Shown piece by piece: positions 36,216-38,984 of a stretch of DNA of 38,984 bases. A model generated the notes under the pieces. That model was not told the origin of the DNA and searched no databases. It saw nothing but the letters and a program-made list of their open reading frames with translations. The DNA is from a virus. Taxonomy: Duplodnaviria; Caudoviricetes. Location of the stretch: IMG/VR virus record IMGVR_UViG_3300041097_000036, positions 1-38,984 of that record. One strand, given 5' to 3'. How positions within the stretch are numbered: the first letter of the stretch is position 1; each line of letters starts with the position of its first letter. The position numbers were made by a program, and so were the translations under genes.

Positions 36216-37513
36216 TGCCCAGCCCGAACCTCGCCGTGACCCATGTGGCGGCCGCCCAGAACCAGAAAGAGGTCACGATCAATGACGCGGTCGATGCCCT
36301 CGATAACGCAATGAACCGGGCGCTGTCGCTGGCGATGGGCGACGCCAACGTCACGCTGACCAGCACGCAAGCCAACCGCAATGGCCTGATCGTGCTCACG
36401 GGCACGCTGACGGCCACACGCGTCCTGACGCTGCCCGCCAACCATCGGCGCCTTGCGATCCGCAACGCGACGAGCGGTGGCCACGAGGTCCGCGCCAAGT
36501 ATGCCGGCTCAGGCGCCGAGGTCATCATCGTGCCCGGCGGCACTGTGCTGGTGCAGGGAAATGGCAGCGATCTCTTCGGGGTCGGCGGTGGCGCAGGAAC
36601 GCTGAACGACCTGACCGACGTTTCCGCTGGCGGCGCTGTCGCCAGCGACGTGCTCCAGTTCGATGGCGCGACATGGTCGGCAGGACGCGTCGGCATCTTC
36701 CAGCGGGCGCTGCTGCCGTTCCGGGGCGCTCTCGTGCAGCGTTCAACCGACATCGCCACAGTCAGCCCGCCGATCCTGATCCCGTGGCAGGCATCCGTCT
36801 ATGACAGCGAAGGCTTCTGGGCCGGAGGGACGCCCGAGCGTCTGGCGATCCCTGCTGGCTCCGGCATCACCAAGGTCAGGCTTCTCGGCTCTATCGCCAT
36901 GAAGGCGAGCGCCACCACCGGCGGCGTTTATCTGACCTTCGACAAGAACGGCGCCGGAGAGCCGATCGGAGCCGCGCCCTACACCGTGCGCCAGGGCTCG
37001 TCCGGCTACACCAACAACGACTTCTCGACCTTCTCCGCAGTCCTGCCCGTGGTCGAAGGGGACTATTTCCAGCTTCGGGTGAACTTCACCAACAACAACT
37101 GGAACTCTATCCTCGCCGGGGCGCGTACCTGGTTCGCCATTGAGGTGGTCGAAACCCAGGATGCCGCCGACCCACCGGCCGACCTGACCGGGTTCAAGAT
37201 GGGCCAGCCGAGCGCCGATGAGATCCTCATGCGGGTACCGATCGCCCGGCGCACGCGGATGAAGGTCGATCTTGCCGGCAGTCAGGGCGTCGCGGGAGCG
37301 GCGGCCACTGCGCAGACGGACTTCGACATCCGGCGTAACGGCACGAGCTTCGCCACCATGCGCTTCGCTGCGGCGGGAAGCGTCGCCGATTTCATCGCCG
37401 CCACCGAAACCGTGCTGGAGCCGGGTGACGTCCTCAGCGTCGTCGCCCCCGCAGCGCCGGACGCAACCCTGGCCGATATCGGCTTTACGCTTGCCGGCAC
37501 GCTGGTCGTTTGA
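36215..37513 (+). CDS. Tail fibre / receptor-binding protein
   Basis: N-terminal QNQKEVTINDA..ALD anchor, LNDLTDV repeat, beta-rich C1q-like middle. Confidence 0.75.
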   Translation: MPSPNLAVTHVAAAQNQKEVTINDAVDALDNAMNRALSLAMGDANVTLTSTQANRNGLIVLTGTLTATRVLTLPANHRRLAIRNATSGGHEVRAKYAGSGAEVIIVPGGTVLVQGNGSDLFGVGGGAGTLNDLTDVSAGGAVASDVLQFDGATWSAGRVGIFQRALLPFRGALVQRSTDIATVSPPILIPWQASVYDSEGFWAGGTPERLAIPAGSGITKVRLLGSIAMKASATTGGVYLTFDKNGAGEPIGAAPYTVRQGSSGYTNNDFSTFSAVLPVVEGDYFQLRVNFTNNNWNSILAGARTWFAIEVVETQDAADPPADLTGFKMGQPSADEILMRVPIARRTRMKVDLAGSQGVAGAAATAQTDFDIRRNGTSFATMRFAAAGSVADFIAATETVLEPGDVLSVVAPAAPDATLADIGFTLAGTLVV

Positions 37514-37536
37514 AGCACCGGCCGAGGACCGCACCC

Positions 37537-37827
37537 ATGGACCGAAAACGCGACATCGGCAGGCTGATCAGCCTACCGAGCGACGAATTCGAGGCACTGC
37601 TGGAACGTGCCGCCGAAACCGGCGCCCGCCGTGCGCTGCATGAGGTCGGGCTCGACGGGACGGATGCGGCCGAGGACATCCGCGATCTGCGATCGCTGCT
37701 GGCCGGGTTTCGGCTGGCCAGGCGAACAGCCGTGCAGACCGCCGTTCGCGTCATCACCACCGGCATTCTGCTCGCCCTCATGGCGGGCATCGCCATCAAG
37801 CTGAAGCTGTTCGGCAAAGGCCCCTGA
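37537..37827 (+). CDS. DUF6127-like membrane protein (holin candidate)
   Basis: AAETGARRAL..VGL, DIRDLRSLL, C-terminal TM helix. Confidence 0.75.
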   Translation: MDRKRDIGRLISLPSDEFEALLERAAETGARRALHEVGLDGTDAAEDIRDLRSLLAGFRLARRTAVQTAVRVITTGILLALMAGIAIKLKLFGKGP

Positions 37828-37853
37828 GCGGCGCTTCCGATCCTCAACCCATC

Positions 37854-37878
37854 AACCCGCCGTTCGGCGGGTTTTTTT
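37854..37878 (+). terminator. Intrinsic terminator
   Basis: AACCCGCCG-TT-CGGCGGGTT followed by a T run. Confidence 0.75.
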
Positions 37879-37895
37879 ATGCCTGGAGACCTGCA

Positions 37896-38570
37896 ATGAC
37901 CACGATTTACTACAAACACTGGCGCGATGTGCCGACCACTCGCTGGCGCTGGAAGAACTTCTCGCCCGCCGAAATCGCCTGCCGTGGCACCGGTTCCGTG
38001 CGCATCCACGAAGACGCGCTCGACAAGCTCCAGGCGCTCCGCGACAGGCTCGGCAAGCCACTGATCATCCGCTCGGCCTATCGCAGTCCGACCCACAATC
38101 GGGCGGTCGGTGGCGCTCCGAAATCAAAACATCTCGACGGCACGGCGTTCGATATCGCCATGACCAATCACGACCCAGTGGCCTTCGAGGAGGCCGCCCG
38201 AGCAGTCGGCTTCAAGGGCTTCGGCTTCTATCCGCGGTCGGGCTTCATGCATATCGACCTTGGGCCCGCTCGGCAGTGGGGTGAGCGGTTCCCAGTCCGC
38301 GAGGCGGCCTTCGCCATGGAGGCGCCGCCCGCGCGCGAGGTGCTGGCTGAGAGTCGCACGTTGAAGGGCAGCGGTGCGGCCGGTGTGGCGACGATTGGCG
38401 CGGCGGGCGTCGAGGTGGCGCAGAACGTCCTGGCCGAGACCCAGTCCGCCATTCTGCCGCTCGTGCCCTACCTCGACACGCTGCGCTGGGTGTTCATCGC
38501 CGTGGCGCTCGCCGGCGTCGCGGTCGCCATCTACGCCCGCATCGACGACTGGAAGCGGGGGCGGCGATGA
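37896..38570 (+). CDS. Peptidase M15 endolysin with C-terminal membrane segment
   Basis: SAYRSPTHN..VGGA..SKH..G.AFDI, FMHID; hydrophobic C-terminus. Confidence 0.88.
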   Translation: MTTIYYKHWRDVPTTRWRWKNFSPAEIACRGTGSVRIHEDALDKLQALRDRLGKPLIIRSAYRSPTHNRAVGGAPKSKHLDGTAFDIAMTNHDPVAFEEAARAVGFKGFGFYPRSGFMHIDLGPARQWGERFPVREAAFAMEAPPAREVLAESRTLKGSGAAGVATIGAAGVEVAQNVLAETQSAILPLVPYLDTLRWVFIAVALAGVAVAIYARIDDWKRGRR

Positions 38571-38824
38571 TCTCTGCACTCCTGACCGGGATTGCCGCCA
38601 GCCCATGGGCGCGGGCGGCCCTGCGCTACGGCGCCATCGCGCTCGCCGTGCTCCTGTTCCTGCTTGCGCTGCGGCGATCGGGCGAGCGTGCGGGACGTCT
38701 CGCCGAACGCTTTGAGACCACGGAGAAGGCCAATGAAGTTCAACGCCGGATGCTCGACGCGGCGGCTCGCCGCCCTGGCGATCGTGACGATCTCGCTGAC
38801 CGCCTGCGCGCCGGGCGGTTCTGA
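38567..38824 (+). CDS. i-spanin-like protein
   Basis: N-terminal TM helix plus charged helix; follows the endolysin. Confidence 0.7.
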   Translation: MISALLTGIAASPWARAALRYGAIALAVLLFLLALRRSGERAGRLAERFETTEKANEVQRRMLDAAARRPGDRDDLADRLRAGRF

Positions 38825-38984
38825 GCCGCGGGTCGTTACCGTCTGTCCGCCCGTGGTGGAGTACAGCCGCGAGTTCCAGGCCCGCGCGGACGACGAACTC
38901 GATCTTCTCCCGGAGGAATCGGCGATCACCGAGATGCTGAGCGATTATGCCGTGATGCGGGAGCAGGGCCGCGCTTGCTCTTGA
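38733..38984 (+). CDS. o-spanin-like lipoprotein
   Basis: Signal peptide with lipobox LTAC; overlaps the i-spanin gene in another frame. Confidence 0.7.
   Translation: MKFNAGCSTRRLAALAIVTISLTACAPGGSEPRVVTVCPPVVEYSREFQARADDELDLLPEESAITEMLSDYAVMREQGRACS

Larger units (their letters stand above)
1..38984 (+). mobile_element. Temperate siphovirus/prophage region (lambda-like head, GTA-like tail), partial
   Basis: Contiguous replication, packaging, head, tail and lysis modules in standard order; no host housekeeping genes; integrase and att sites not seen. Confidence 0.95.

Overview
GC-rich, probably alphaproteobacterial, temperate siphophage or prophage segment, almost all on the + strand. Gene order: replication/recombination genes (HNH endonuclease, Cas4-like nuclease, RecD/Dda-like helicase, Toprim-DUF927 primase, iteron-rich putative origin, RuvC-like resolvase); a moron block (PD-(D/E)XK nuclease, hipBA with three operators); a lambda-like cos site; an accessory cassette; two ParB-methyltransferases; lambda-type head genes; GTA-like tail genes; lysis genes. 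No integrase or repressor lies in the window. The main finding sits directly after cos: a stand-alone ~222 aa Cas7/RAMP-like gene, a coupled 169 aa partner gene, and a non-coding array of about 46 GGY-NN pentamers with a near-constant triplet and a variable dinucleotide (12005-12229). A shorter related array follows at 13671-13761. There is no CRISPR array. This looks like a phage-encoded RNA-guided system with a non-contiguous guide code, resembling what I recall being described recently as VIPR. All product calls come from motif recognition and synteny, not from database searches.
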